Below are positions 1 to 14,100 of a DNA stretch of 64,000 bases, one piece after another. The position numbers and the translations under genes were made by a program. Source of the DNA: Tubiluchus corallicola (lineage: Eukaryota; Animalia; Priapulida). Within the stretch, counting starts at the first letter, position 1. Each line of letters begins with the position of its first letter. The notes under the pieces are model-generated. The model saw nothing but the letters and a program-made list of their open reading frames with translations. It did not search any database and was not told the origin of the DNA. The DNA lies in contig JAQGDQ010000460.1 in NCBI GenBank assembly GCA_030141605.1, positions 62,001-126,000 of the forward strand. The letters run 5' to 3'.

Positions 1-380
1 GACAATGTTTATTTATGTTGGAACTAGATTCAACGTGCTGCGAAATCAGGCAGGAAAATCTTTTTCACTGGTATTGATTATTTTGACAAGTTTCAGCAAA
101 TGATCTGCTTTTAAATGAGTTAGCTAAATTAGCATAGGCACTGATTAAGCTTTGCTATAATTCGCACTTGAGCAAAGTGACTAATAATAGTCGTTTTTAT
201 TGATAAGTAGACGAGCTTAATTCATTAACATACACAAAAATTTGGCCTTAGTGATACCAGTTTTCCCCACTTATATAGGTAGCATTCAGTTAAAAAGAAC
301 ATGACTAATCATGCTGTGTTGTCATAGCAACGGGTGCAGCTGCGTTGCCGAAGCAACAAATATAACAATGCTAGGTGCGT

Positions 381-558
381 TTAGCTTCCAGTTACCGTGA
401 TGGCGGTCTCCACATCCAGATGAGAACACGACTGACTGAGGGGCGTGTCCAGATAGTGCGAGCAGGTGTTGCAGACGCGCACCGGTTCTATGAGCTGCTC
501 TTTCGGCACTGGCAAACGATTAGAGGAACAGGTGCTGCAAAATATTCGTCCGCAACTC
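381..558 (-). CDS. MTMR3/4: MTMR3/4 terminal exon (second half of FYVE: RSCGRIFCSTCSSNRLPVPKEQLIEPVRVCNTC...TGS*)
   Basis: Acceptor ttttctag at 559-560; the phase-2 join completes RRHHCR; TAA stop at 381-383. Confidence 0.95.
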
Positions 559-2674
559 CTAGAAAACAAAGTAGAGAAACAGTTTAACTGAAGAGGTATT
601 AACAAGGAGTGGCCAATTTTGGTTTGCAGCTTCGAATAAACCAAGGAGTGGCCAATTTTGGTTTGCAGCTTCGAATAAATCGCGGAGTAGCCAATTTTGG
701 CTTGCAGCTTCGAATAAATCGCGGAGTAGCCAATTTTGGCTTGCAGCTTCGAATAAATCGCGGAGTAGCCAATTTTGGCTTGCAGCTTCGAATAAATCAT
801 TAGGTCCATGTCAAACAGAGCTGGACATAATGCGTATGGAAAAAAGCCACCTCGTGAAAAATAAATATATGCAAACCAAGATAATCTATTTGCCGTCTTT
901 TGCCTACGGCAGGGGTGTGCAAATTATCTGACTAGCCAGGCCAGGCCACATTAAACTTTCCCACAATTCCTGTGGGCCACAGGCAGTTTGATCAAGGAGC
1001 CAAGTACAGAAATGCCTAATAACGATCTTTTTGCATCCGACTTGCGTACATCTTACTACTACACTCAAGAAACTATTTTAGAAGTTATTAAAATTTATAT
1101 TACAAACCATATATTTCTACTTTCTGGACAGATAGTGGTAATTTCATTACAATGCATATTACAGTCTGTGTAGTACGGTGACAATAAGCTACAACCGTCT
1201 TGTAAGGGTTAATGGTATCCGATCTAGTAGAAAAAACTACCCGCACTATCTTTGGCACGGACTTCAGCTGGATACATTCAATTAATCGCCCGGGCAGCAC
1301 TGTGATTAGGTTGACAAATCTCTTCGCGGGCCGCACAAATTCTCTCGGCGGGCCGCAATTTGCACACCCCAGGCCTACGGTAAGCCACCAGCCATAATCC
1401 GTGGTAGGCATCTTATAAGCCATTTTGAGTTGGTTCATAAGGCGCCTTATTGCAAAATGAATTTGGCCACTAATTTCACTTGCCGCAAGGCATTTTTGGT
1501 GATCGCTAACGGGATAATTAGAATATTTGTGGTTTTCATAGTGTACAATTCATTTATATCATAAGCATTCATAACATCGAAGTACTATAAATACATAAAA
1601 ACATGTTTAACCCACAATACATATTTACAACTGCCGTGTTACTACAACGCACATAAGACACGTATACTACATTATACAATGTACATGACTGACAATCTGT
1701 TAATTCTAATAAAATGATTTGACGTATCGAACTCTCATCAAAGCTGGCGTGGAACGAGTTCTCCAGGTGAAAATGAATTGTAAAACAAAGCAGTGTTAAC
1801 GCATGTGATAGTGGCGAGACCAGAACGTAGTTCATTAACAATTCTCTAAGAAGGATCACTGGCAAAAGTATCTTATCCATGTTCAGATAGAGTACATCCT
1901 CAACATCAGGGTTCCCACAAAATTTTAAAATAAATTTCCCTGACTTTTCCCTGACCAAATATTAATTTTCCACGACCAAGATAAGCAGAAATTGCATTAC
2001 CAGTATGCATAATCAAACATTTTTGTGTATGGACATTCATACATACACTGATATGTAATGTGTCGGCACAGTTGCAGTAGTGCTAACGAAATTAAACTAA
2101 TCACATTAAATAAACTTTCTTAACTCAATCAATATCACGAATCGCTGAAAAATACGTTTGGAAAAATATCGGTTCACAGTGATTATTACTGCAACACTTT
2201 CCATTCTCCGTGACTGTTCGTCCCATTTTCACCATTTTCCCTGATTTTTTATCAAATTATTTTTTCCCGGACTTTTCCATGACTTTCCTGGATAGCCTGT
2301 ATCTTCAAGGATTTTCCCAAACATGTGAACCCTGAACATGGTGGACAGCCAAAATCAATAAACATTTAAAAACGCCTAAAGCGAGCAGCATTGTTTAACA
2401 CTGGTCACCAAGCACAAACCGTAACCACTCGGTTATTTGTTAACATCACGCATATTACCTGCAGTGATGTCTGCGTGTAATCAATCCAAAACGGCTGTGA
2501 CATCCCTGACAGTCGGAGACACTGTGATCCGGCATCCATCTTGTCACCTCCGCATCCTTGTCTTCCACCATCTCATAGCTGAAATCCGAACCGAAACTGC
2601 TAGCCGTCCCGCCCAGGGGCGGATGTTCTCCGCTACCCGTAGAATCTGGAATTGAACCCTGCAAAAATATGTGC

Positions 2675-2719
<45 letters not shown>

Positions 2720-5700
2720 ACTTAATTGGTCTGTCATTATTCTAACATGTATGAAAATAGCTGAAAAGACGAGAAAATGCAAAAAGACTTTAAACTACAG
2801 TCAAACCCCACGGTAGAGCCACTAAATATGGCGGTTAACGGCTCTATTCTTTCCTAGTTAATTCTAATAAGAGACAAATAGTAAAATATTATTATACCTG
2901 CAACAATACATGTGTTATACTGTATATTTTTGCTGCATTAACCTTGCAGGTGTAGTTCTACAGCGGTACCTTGCAAAACTTTTAGGTAACACAACGTGGA
3001 GAAGAAATCTTGTGAAATACTGCTGCCTCCCGATAAGAGAAATATGCACCCACGCAGCCCACCCACTTCCCAACGTACGATTACTGGACAGTTAGACATA
3101 AGTAGCTGCCACTTATAACCTGACCTTGACTCAAGTAGCTTTAACAGCCGTTAAATTCACATCAGTTCAGTACAGAAGCTTAGTTACCCAACTCTTGTAG
3201 TCTTAAAATGCATATTCCTTGCTCAAAACCTCAGCATTCACTTTCATACAGTCACTTGCTATGAAACCTAAATCTTAATTTAAACATCATAATTGTTTTC
3301 TATTCAGAGGTCAGTGTTTTTACAATGTTATGGCTGTTTTTCAGAAACAATTCATTGTACTTTATCTTGGCTTGCGTTATAACGTGGGAAATTTATTACC
3401 ACAATGGACTTTTGGCAAAGCAGATACGTTGGCGGATGCCGGTAGACGAGGTTGGCGGTACTTCCTACATTTAATATATTATGGAAATCAGGACAGGGCA
3501 AAAGTTGGCGTTATGGCAAGGCTAGTGTTATAACGGGGGGGGGGGGGGGCGTTACAACGAGGTTCGACTGCAGTTATCTATAAAATCAAAGTTGAAATCA
3601 AAGTCATTCAAGATCATTCCCGTTCTTCTCATTAAAAGTCAATTTTGACAATCTACAGTGTAACATCCTCATAGCGAACCTGCTAGGGACCCAGAAAAAG
3701 TCTCTATAACCGAGGTGATCTGTAATATGTGCATATGTGGCAAATCATATGTAGATAACTATTAAATAGATAGACAGGTACGTATTAATAATAAAAGAGG
3801 ATGAATAATGTAGGTGTAGCTTCATAGAGGATGTGATGTACTTTTCATAAATGTTGTCAAGTATAAACAACTTTGCAGTATATTCAAATTCAAAAAAAAT
3901 GTATTTTATGTGACTTTAACAAACTAAAAATCGAAGAACATTTCATATTAAATTGCATGTACACATTCAGTATGAAGTTCAAAAAAGTAACGAATTTGTT
4001 TGAACAAAATTTCTGTTTGTCTCTTATTAAAAATATTTGAAGCAAAGCAGCTGCAATAGGCTTCGTTACTTGATGAAACATCTCAGCAGTGTGCTGCCAG
4101 TGTACATACGTGTTGTGTCGCAAGCCAATGAGAAACTCATTGTTTTGTACAGCTAGTAGACAAGATGACATGACATGTTACAACTCTGTATGGCACAACA
4201 ACTTTTCGCAGCTCCAGGAATTTAAGTGCTGTAACTCGGCATTCATTAGGTTTGACCAACAAGTGCAGCACTGTGACACTTATTTAAGTGCTGTAACTCG
4301 GCATTCATTAGGTTTGGCCAACAAGTGCAGCACTGTGACACTTATTTAAGTGCTGTAACTCGGCATTCATTAGGTTTGACCAACAAGTGCAGCACTGTGA
4401 CACTTATTTAAGTGCTGTAACTCGGCATTCATTAGGTTTGGCCACAAGTGCAGCACTGTGACACTTATTTAAGTGCTGTAACTCGGCATTCACTAAGTTT
4501 GACCAACAAGTGCAGCACTGTGACACTTATTTAAGTGCTGTAACTCGGCATTCATTAGGTTTGGCCAACAAGTGCAGCACTGTGACACTTATTTAAGTGC
4601 TGTAACTCGGCATTCATTAGGTTTGGCCACAAGTGCAGCACTGTGACACTTATTTAAGTGCTGTAACTCGGCATTCATTAGGTTTGGCCACAAGTGCAGC
4701 ACTGTGACACTTATTTAAGTGCTGTAACTCGGCATTCATTAGGTTTGGCCACAAGTGCAGCACTGTGACACTTATTTAAGTGCTGTAACTCGGCATTCAT
4801 TAGGTTTGGCCACAAGTGCAGCACTGTGACACTTATTTAAGTGCTGTAACTCGGCATTCATTAGGTTTGGCCACAAGTGCAGCACTGCGACCCTTCGCCC
4901 AAATGTTAGTGCTAGCATAAAGCACGCATACTTTCCCAATTTTAATAAGTTCTTCTTACCAAGTCTTCTGAACCGTCGTGCGAGTGGCATGAACCGGGAG
5001 TACTGTGTCGATGCATTGATTTAATCAACAGTCGAGCAGCCTGTAGATCACGTTGTAGTTGTTCTATTTTGTTCTAGAAAAAGAAAAGGGAAAATGGGAT
5101 CAGTAAACAAACCTGAAATTTCAGCTGTGCAAAATTAGGCACAGAAAGTCACGTGTAAGCCTCGAACGCGTGAAATATTTAACACTCTAATCAGCAAAAA
5201 CGTCACATAAAGCTCAAAGTTTAAGCTTACCAAATATTCTGATTCCATTTGTCGCAGCCGCTGCTGAACGGAATCTTTCACGATCGGTAAGCCATCATAA
5301 TCCAGGGTCCGTATCAGTCCACTCATACTCCGATGCAGTATCGGATCCAATGGAACCATCGTGGGGCTTGCCGGATAGCTGGAACCGGGTGTCATCGGAA
5401 ACTGGTGCGGACTGGAGTCGTCCGACAACGTACTCGATCCGCTAGTGTGCGCTGTACGTGAATGCATGCCGTTGAGTTTGCCGCTCATGCACGGAATGTA
5501 CTGATCATGATTACTGACGGCAAACGTGCTAAGATCCGGATAAACTTTCAATCCCAGATTCTTTCGTTCTACTAAAGCCGTGTTCATCGCACAATTACTA
5601 CAATCCTTAAGCAAGTTACTATCACCGTTTTGTAATTCAGTTAGCTTTGTACGCGTGGTAGTCACTACATTTTCTGGCACAATTGTATCGGTAGAACTCT

Positions 5701-8119
5701 CAATACTAGGTTCATTACATAGTGTCTTATCACTAGCACAGTTAGTCACTGGCACCTCTGAATCACCCGCGTGTACGTTACCGTTGTTCTCTACCCCATT
5801 TTCAACGATGTCCGACGTGCCATTCGTCACCCCCACGCTTTCACAATTGCAGTCTCCGTTTCCGGTTGGACCGTTTTCGACGATGTCCGACATCACAGTT
5901 GTGAGCAATGCGGCACACGCGGACTTACACGGAGTGCTATGCTGTTCTTCCACGAACGCCCGGTGCGTGTCGGCTAGATTCGGATCACTCGACGTTCGCG
6001 GCAGCGCCGCAGTGTGCTCGAGGGCGGCGACTATGTCATCACAGGAGCGAGTTTTTGTTATTCCGCCAACCACCTGAGTGTCAGCACTAGATACGGGTTC
6101 ATATTTATCCTCGACGGCAGACACCGTGTCGGGCAGGTACGCCATGGACCAGAAAGACATGTTTTGTATGTTACAGCTAGGTAGTAATACCTGTAATATG
6201 AAGCATCAACAGTTAACAAGTAAAGATATTTAACATATAAATACCTGCAACTTGTGGCTAAATACAAAATTTCAAAGTGTTTCTGACGATGTTAAAAAGT
6301 TAATAAAGTTGCACCTGTCATGATACATACAAGTACCTCACACAAAACAGAGCTCTTACTAGTGGTGTATGATGTTTATTGAACTTTCCTCTACTTCTCA
6401 ATCACTGAACAACATCTGATCTCATTTCACTGCCATGAAGCAAAATTTAGTCATCAAAGTATTGCATTTTTGCAGTATTGATGTCGAGCTATCATGCGGA
6501 AATATTTTCGATATCCCAGTGAAAATTTATGATACATTCATATCTCGGTTTGCCGGACCTCGCTTTAATGGATATCGGAAGAATTGGACAAAATGTGGAC
6601 AGTTAAAAAGTCCCACATATTACGGACACACTCTGTTGTTTCATGAGCTGACCTCTAGTTGGCAGACCATTACTTTGTTTACATCATTACATCAGTGTAA
6701 CCACGTGTATATCTCTACATATAAAAATATAGAGTCAATTATGTTGTGTTATTAGCTGCTGACAGTTTTTATATACAGTTGCACAGAAGCAGGTACTTTT
6801 GTAGATGTTTTTGAGACAATTAAGTGATTCTACATTACCGTGGGTCTAATACACAGCGCCTACTGTATTAGCTTAGTATCGGAAAATAATGACGATCGGC
6901 AAATTCGGGCCGGCAAACCCAAGGTATAAATGTACACAATAAATCAATAATTAGCATTTTTAACCCTATAATTGTATTAACTATGATCACTGGTGGCAAT
7001 CAGTGATTGTTCTGAAAATTTGAACGAAATCAATTCAATTACTATGCAAAATTTGTGGCACAAGTTAATGACGATAAAAACATTTTAATGACGTCAATAA
7101 TAAATGCAGATCAATTCAACTGACTAAATATTACCGCTACTGTGTAGTAATACTGATATTAAAACTACATCGATACTAGAGCCGTACCTGCTCTGTTTCT
7201 GTATACAGTAGATTTCGAAACCTACTCCTTCTACTACGTAGAAACGACCAGACGGAAAAAGAACGCTTCTTCAGTCGAAGTTCGTGACGCTCGCTGGACG
7301 TGTTGCATAAGAACGTGCCAAACAGACACGAGTAGACGTGTTGCAACAACTTAACCTGGAATTAGAAACACATTTTAAGCTACAAACACAAGCCAAGCCT
7401 GAGTAAAAACTAAAATTACGACATGAGATGCAAAACAATGCAAAATAAGCCCGGAATGATTACACGGGTCCACGGAAACCAAACAGTAAAACAGGATGAT
7501 AAAAATAAGCGCCTAATTAAGAAGCACCGTAAATCCTCGCTTAACGACACTAATGCATTCCAGCAAAATGCGACATTAAGCGAAACGTCGCTAAACGAAA
7601 CCAAGACTTCTATAGAAAGCAATGTAAAAAAATTGAGATGCGTTCCAGAAACAAAAATCAATGCTGCTTAAATCATATACATCAAATGTTTTATGAGTTT
7701 TATTCATATTTCTACTTGATTAATTTCTTTCTGTTTGCTTGAAGCCACCTGTCTTTCTTACCAATATCTAGCTAGACTCGCTTCGGAAATATTGCAAAGT
7801 CTTGCACATTGAGAATGCCAAAGCTATGCTACTATGTAAATAACAATCAAGTAAATTTAAGCTTTAAATATGGTTGTACTGTAGATCCTAAACGAAAATG
7901 TAAAATTAAGGGTTAAGAACTCATTTAAAGATTATGTTTTAAGATACCAATTATAGCTTCTTACAACACTGTATACTGTAACATAATTACAAGGGAACTA
8001 CAATGAGTGGATATTATAAAGTTGAATGTCTGTAAGATATGTTACTTTACCAACATCGCATTACCTGTTTTACTAACATCTTTATCCGTAAGCTGTATAT
8101 TTTTATACGAAATAAACTC

Positions 8120-8151
<32 letters not shown>

Positions 8152-11100
8152 GTTTAAACTCGGGTGCCAGGAGGCGTATGAATCAGCAAATAGATCTCGC
8201 TTGATACAAACGGCTAGAATTTAGTACATAGTCAGTCGGGAAGCAAAAGCATTATAATAATTGCACTGCTTAGGTTACTAATGCGTTTTTAAAGACATTA
8301 CAAAACGCAATTAGTACCGTTCTAATACGTCAAATCAAGTAAAAAAAGTTGTTGATGAAACAAAAAGTGGCTGCGACAAAAATTGTCGTTAAAATGAAAC
8401 GTGCGTCACTAAGTGAGAAAAAGCTGTCAAATGTTCAGCGTCGTTAAAACGAAACGCCGTTAAACGGAGAGTCGTTAAGCGAGGACTTATTGTATAGACA
8501 ATTTATAAAACATGATATTTCTTAGATGAATTTGAAAATAACCAATTTTCACACTTCCTGTACTTTTTAAAACTCCTTTATCAATTACTGATGTTTTTTG
8601 TATAATAATCACCTAAAAAAATTTCCTGCGCCTGTAAGTAAACTTGTACTTTTAACAAACGGCAGCTGATCAAGTGACCAACAAATCTTTCACTGCTCCT
8701 TCTCCGTTACATTGAGATGACAAAATAATCATGTCGAATTTTTAACTATTTTTGAGAAAATAAAGTTGAATTGAATTGAAAATGAATTATTACATTGAAA
8801 GCACTAGAAACATTGATGGCGGACAAGAGGTGCAGGGACACCAAATCACCAGAGATAAACAGCAAACTATTACGCTTTGCGTCTACACTTACGAGAAGCA
8901 CTCAGTAAGTAAAATTATTGACACTAACTTCAAGCAACAGCAACGACAGTGTTCCCTCACTTATCACGGGTGTTCTGTTCCAGGCCCACCCGCGATAAGT
9001 GAATTTCCGCGAAGTAGGGACGCTATACTTATCAATCAACCAATTGTGTTGTGTACAATCTCACGTCGGCAAGTTTATTGGTAATAGTATAATTGTACTG
9101 TTACAATAGCATATAAACGAACATAGTTAAAAAACTGTTTTACATCGTTTCATCGAATCTTATCGTATCGTAATACATTTTCTTGTATTAAAACGAATCG
9201 AAAACAAACAGTGTCATGTCGAATTGAAATCACATCGATCAAATTGTATCGATTTATATCACTAGGTTAGACCTCAACCAAGAAGTTGGGGACACTTAAT
9301 GTACAATCTCTAAAACAAAGATGCTTTTTGCCATAACGGCTATTATTCTTACTAGTACCCGGTAGAAAATGTTCCTCGTACAGCGAAACTGTGTACTTAC
9401 TAGGTAGGCTTCATTAAACTCAAATGCACAGGGAAATTGTAGCAGAAGCTGATGGACACAGTCCAGCCACTGCAGGAAGACTGGACAACGCTCGTTCTGG
9501 TCATCGCTGGTCGTGCTGTGACCACAGCGGTCAGCAAACTTGTGACCAAACTCCAGCCACTCACGTTCAACTAACGTTTGAAAGCCCTGAAAATTACAAC
9601 GGCTGTCATTCAGAATCCAATGTGTTTACAAAAAACATGAAAGCAAAGTTACAGTGCCTGACATTATCAAATGGCCCGTGGTCACATATCACAACAAGTA
9701 TAAAATTACACAGTTTTCTTTTTTCCATATGTACAAATAACAGAAAAAATGCAGAATTAGTGCTTGAAAGTACGGATGCACCGTATCCAGTTTTGCCAGA
9801 TCCGGATCGGATCCGGATCTACCTTTGTTCCACAAGTATAAGTTAATATAAATAATGTTTCATCTGTTTAGCCCTTTGTTCACCTAGTGGTATCGCCTGT
9901 TTATTTCCAGGATCACCGAGTAATTTTAAGTGAAAATACTCCAAACGTTGATGTACATTAATTTTGAACACTTATTCCGTTCCTCATTTAAACATAAAAT
10001 GAGCCAAACTACGCTTTTACTGGAAGTAGACAACTCTAAATTTTTAGCAGCCATTTATATGGAATCTTTGTGCACTAACTACAGCAAGGAATCACAACTT
10101 GAAGATTGCTGTTATTGCTTGCGCTACAAGCATGGTGACATAAAACCTAAGCGATACTTTCGCAAATTTCTGAAGATTTTAACAGCAATTCTTTAAATTC
10201 TTTAAAAAAAATTAACTATACGAGTCATTAAACAGTTATGCATTTCTTACCCGCTCTATTTTTTTTGCAATCGGTAGTTTTACACGTAGAAAAATAAAAT
10301 ACAAACAGCGTAAAACCATACAAACAGATTTCACCCTATCCAGGTCCATAAAAACTATCGGCTCTCGGGATCCGGAAACCAAGTAAAACAAAGCATTTTA
10401 AAATAACAGTCCTGCACACACACAGATAGATAATACATAGTACTCTCATATCTCGGTTTGCCAGACAAAAGCGGGGAGATGTCGGTCCGAATTTGCCAAT
10501 TGTCCATATTTTCCGATACTAAACTAAATAGTAGGTGCCGTGTATTAGACCCATGGCAATGTAGAATCAATCACCTAATTGTCTCAAAAAGTTCTAGTAC
10601 TGGCCGCTCCTATGCAAAAGTATATAAAAAGTGTCAGCAATTGACTCAAATAACACTGGGTCTATAATTGTCTCTATATTTTTATACATAGAGATTTACA
10701 CGTGGTTACACTGATGTAATGATGTAAACAAAGTGACGGCCCGCCAACTAGCGGTCAATTCACGAAACAACGGACTGTGTCGGTAGTATGCGGGACTTTT
10801 AATGCTCCAGATTTTCCCCCCGATTCTTCCGATGTCCGTAAAAGCGAGGTCCAGCAAACCGAGATATAAGTGTGCAAGCAGAATTGACAAGGTCCACAAC
10901 TTGCCCAATTGGTAAAAGGGTGAAAATTAAGCAGGCCAAATGAACTGGCCATTAGGCGAATCGTTAGACCTGGCCCTTAGGCGAATGACAAAGCATATGT
11001 AGTATCCGCTGCTAGGAAACAAAATTAAGGTAGTCGTAGCATGATTTTTTGCAGCATTTAGTACTAATTTTTAATCATAAATGCCCACTGATTGTATTTT

Positions 11101-14100
11101 ATTCAAATAATTGTAAACGCTTTAAAGTTGCAGCAAAAAAAACCTATAAGCAAACACATTAGATTATCGGAACTAAGCAAATTCTTCACATCCACCATTT
11201 TGCATGCCAAGCTAGATTAATTTTCCTCTAAATACCTCCATTCGTCGATAATGCGGATCCATCATCAACTCCGCCAGAGCCACAATCTGTGGAGTTCGAT
11301 CCCATCCGTCGGAACAATGTACCAGCACCGGTCTTATCTCCCTGTCCACGGCATTCACGACCACCAGAGCTGATTTCATCAACGCTGAGATGTTATGTAA
11401 CCATTTCGTATTCTCTAATGAGGATAGCCAACTATAGTCACAAAAACAAAAAAGGAAATGAATAAGCAATTGATGAAACTGCCACAAATAAACTAATTTT
11501 CGGGAATGTTTTCACATGACATGGATTGCCAGGTAAATTTGGAGCATCTTTTCGGTAAAAAGGACGACCGGATGATTGTTTAAACTCAATCTCATTTTAA
11601 TTTACTGTCCAAAATATACATTTTCTTGCTTATCAAAATTAACAATTGTTTCTTATATTTAAATAATTGGCTTAGAAAGTTAATTAACGGCAACCGAGCA
11701 CAGCTATTGCTTACATCAGATACTAACCACAGTTTGTGCAATGGCAGGCGTCTTCCCTTGCACATCAAGCACATTTTCATAGGTGTTACAGTACTGTTTA
11801 AATGCGTGACGGCACGAAAATGGGCTCTACCTCATATGTCAAAAACTAATACTGCAGTTCATGATCATGGTTATCACGGTACCATCTTCTGTTTCTTGCA
11901 TACGCGAATGTGACAAAAAGGCACCGCTGCCAAACTTAGTAAATTCACTGAGCAACGCGTAGCTGTGAAAGTTTACAGAAATTTGAGTACAGCTTTGATT
12001 TAAAATAAGCTGTTGTAGTTTTCAATATTTTAGAACATTATTTATTCTGAACTCGTGTTTACACAATCATCCCGTTTTTCTTGAAGAGGAACATTCCCGT
12101 CCAGTCACTACCATCTACATTAAAGCACAAAAAATCAGATACCTGCATAAAGCTAAAAAGAATTCGCATTGAAATTTTGTATCACCTATGTGCCGTCCTA
12201 TTGCATACAGGGCTTGCGTTAGCGATAACGCTGTACAAAATTCCCGCGATGGCCGTTGGGCTCGGCCATTTTAACATTTTAAGTTGTTTGCTACAAGTTA
12301 AGATAACATTTCATAAAGATTGAAAAAAATATTTAAAACATTCGTTGCGCACACTTCACTAACTAGGCAAAAGTACAAATTACTTTGTATTATCAATAAC
12401 GTCAATACAATGTGCTTTTTGGTGAATCAGTGGTGCACACTGGGATGCCAATGCAGTGCAGTTTTACCAGGTGGTGCAAACATTTTAAATTATTAAGATT
12501 TTTTTCCCAATTACATTAAGTCTTTCAAACAAGTAATACGTGGAAAGGTTTTTGGGACATACACTAAAATTTCCTTCTTTAAGCAGGCCTTATCATTATA
12601 TGTTGTACAACAGCTTTCAAGATGACAAACCGTATAAAAAGCTATCACAAGTTAAATTTTATATACATTTAATGCATACAAAATGCCAGAACAGGTTATT
12701 TGTTGTGAATAAGGGAACAGCTTAACTTAAACCCAGCTATAACCAGTTATAACATACATGGTTATAAGTTACAAGTTATAACATACATGGTTATAAGTTA
12801 CAACATACATGGTTATAAGTTACAAGTTATAATTATATGGTTATAAGTTACAAGTTATAATTATATGGTTATAAGTTACAAGTTATAATTATATGGTTAT
12901 AAGTTACATGTTACATGGTTATAAGTTACAAGTTATAATTATATGGTTATAAGTTACATGTTATAATTACATGGTTATAAGTTACAAGTTATAATTATAT
13001 GGTTATAAGTTACATGTTATAATTATATGGTTATAAGTTACATGTTATAATTACATGGTTATAAGTTACATGTTATAATTACATGGTTATAAGTTACAAG
13101 TTATAATTATATGGTTATAAGTTACATGTTATAATTACATGGTTATAAGTTACAAGTTATAATTATATGGTTATAAGTTACATGTTATAATTATATGGTT
13201 ATAAGTTACATAATCCTTATAACTTATATAACCCAGTTATAACAGAAATTGCAGAATGTTACAAGAAATCTTACATGTTACTTGATTACTTGCTTAACAG
13301 AAGTTACCACAGAGTGGATAAGTAAGTCAACGTGCTCAACAATAGCATGTTGCTGTGAAAACAAGACACTTTAAATATTAATAAGCTTTGGCTGCGTGCT
13401 GACAACATCACAGTACGTATCAATAAGCGACAACATCACCTACCTGGCTTGGTCGCTAGGAGACGCACAGAGTTGGCGCAAAGCCAAGAAGCTCTTGCGA
13501 ATGGCGTGAATGTTAGCGAGGCTCATGAATTGAATTTCGCAGTTCGAATAGTAATCTGAAAAAATTCGATATCACAACCACGTCCTTATGAAAGGCAAAG
13601 AAAAATGTACATAATCAATAAATATACATAAATATACATATATACAAATATATATATATAAATGTACATAAATATACATAATACGCATAACATAGTCAAG
13701 TACAAAAACGAAACAACCAACCCAACATACATGCAAACATTGTAACTCAGAAAATAGAAGCAATTATAAAATTGCAAAATACAAGAATCATACAAACATT
13801 TTGACAAGAATTACAATTATGACAACTGATGAAAAAACTATGCAAATTTTGAAATTCCATTTTCGTCTCATGAAATATCTAAATTATGTATAATCAATTA
13901 GTTTTTTTAAACTAATTTGTGTTCTGTACTCAACTCAAAAGTGTTAGTAAAACAAACAAGTTTTCCGACACACCTTGCTGCTTGTCACAGCACTAATCTA
14001 GACACAATTCTCACTATTTTCCAATCAAGCAAACCATTACCTGCGCATTCGCATCCACCGCCTTTGGCTCTGTTTGCGACGGCTGCCGTGTAAGATCTAG

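Noticed and set aside
4220-4888. CRISPR array or coding ORFs (4089-4349, 4772-4990)
   Set aside because: Head-to-tail units with no unique spacers; the ORFs simply read through the repeat.
5580-6077. 165-aa plus-strand ORF
   Set aside because: Antisense shadow of the large MTMR3/4 exon; no recognisable motifs.
9799-9820. Palindrome agatccggatc-g-gatccggatct
   Set aside because: Looks like subterminal ccggat repeats of a decayed hAT-type element starting ~9771; no evidence of independent function.
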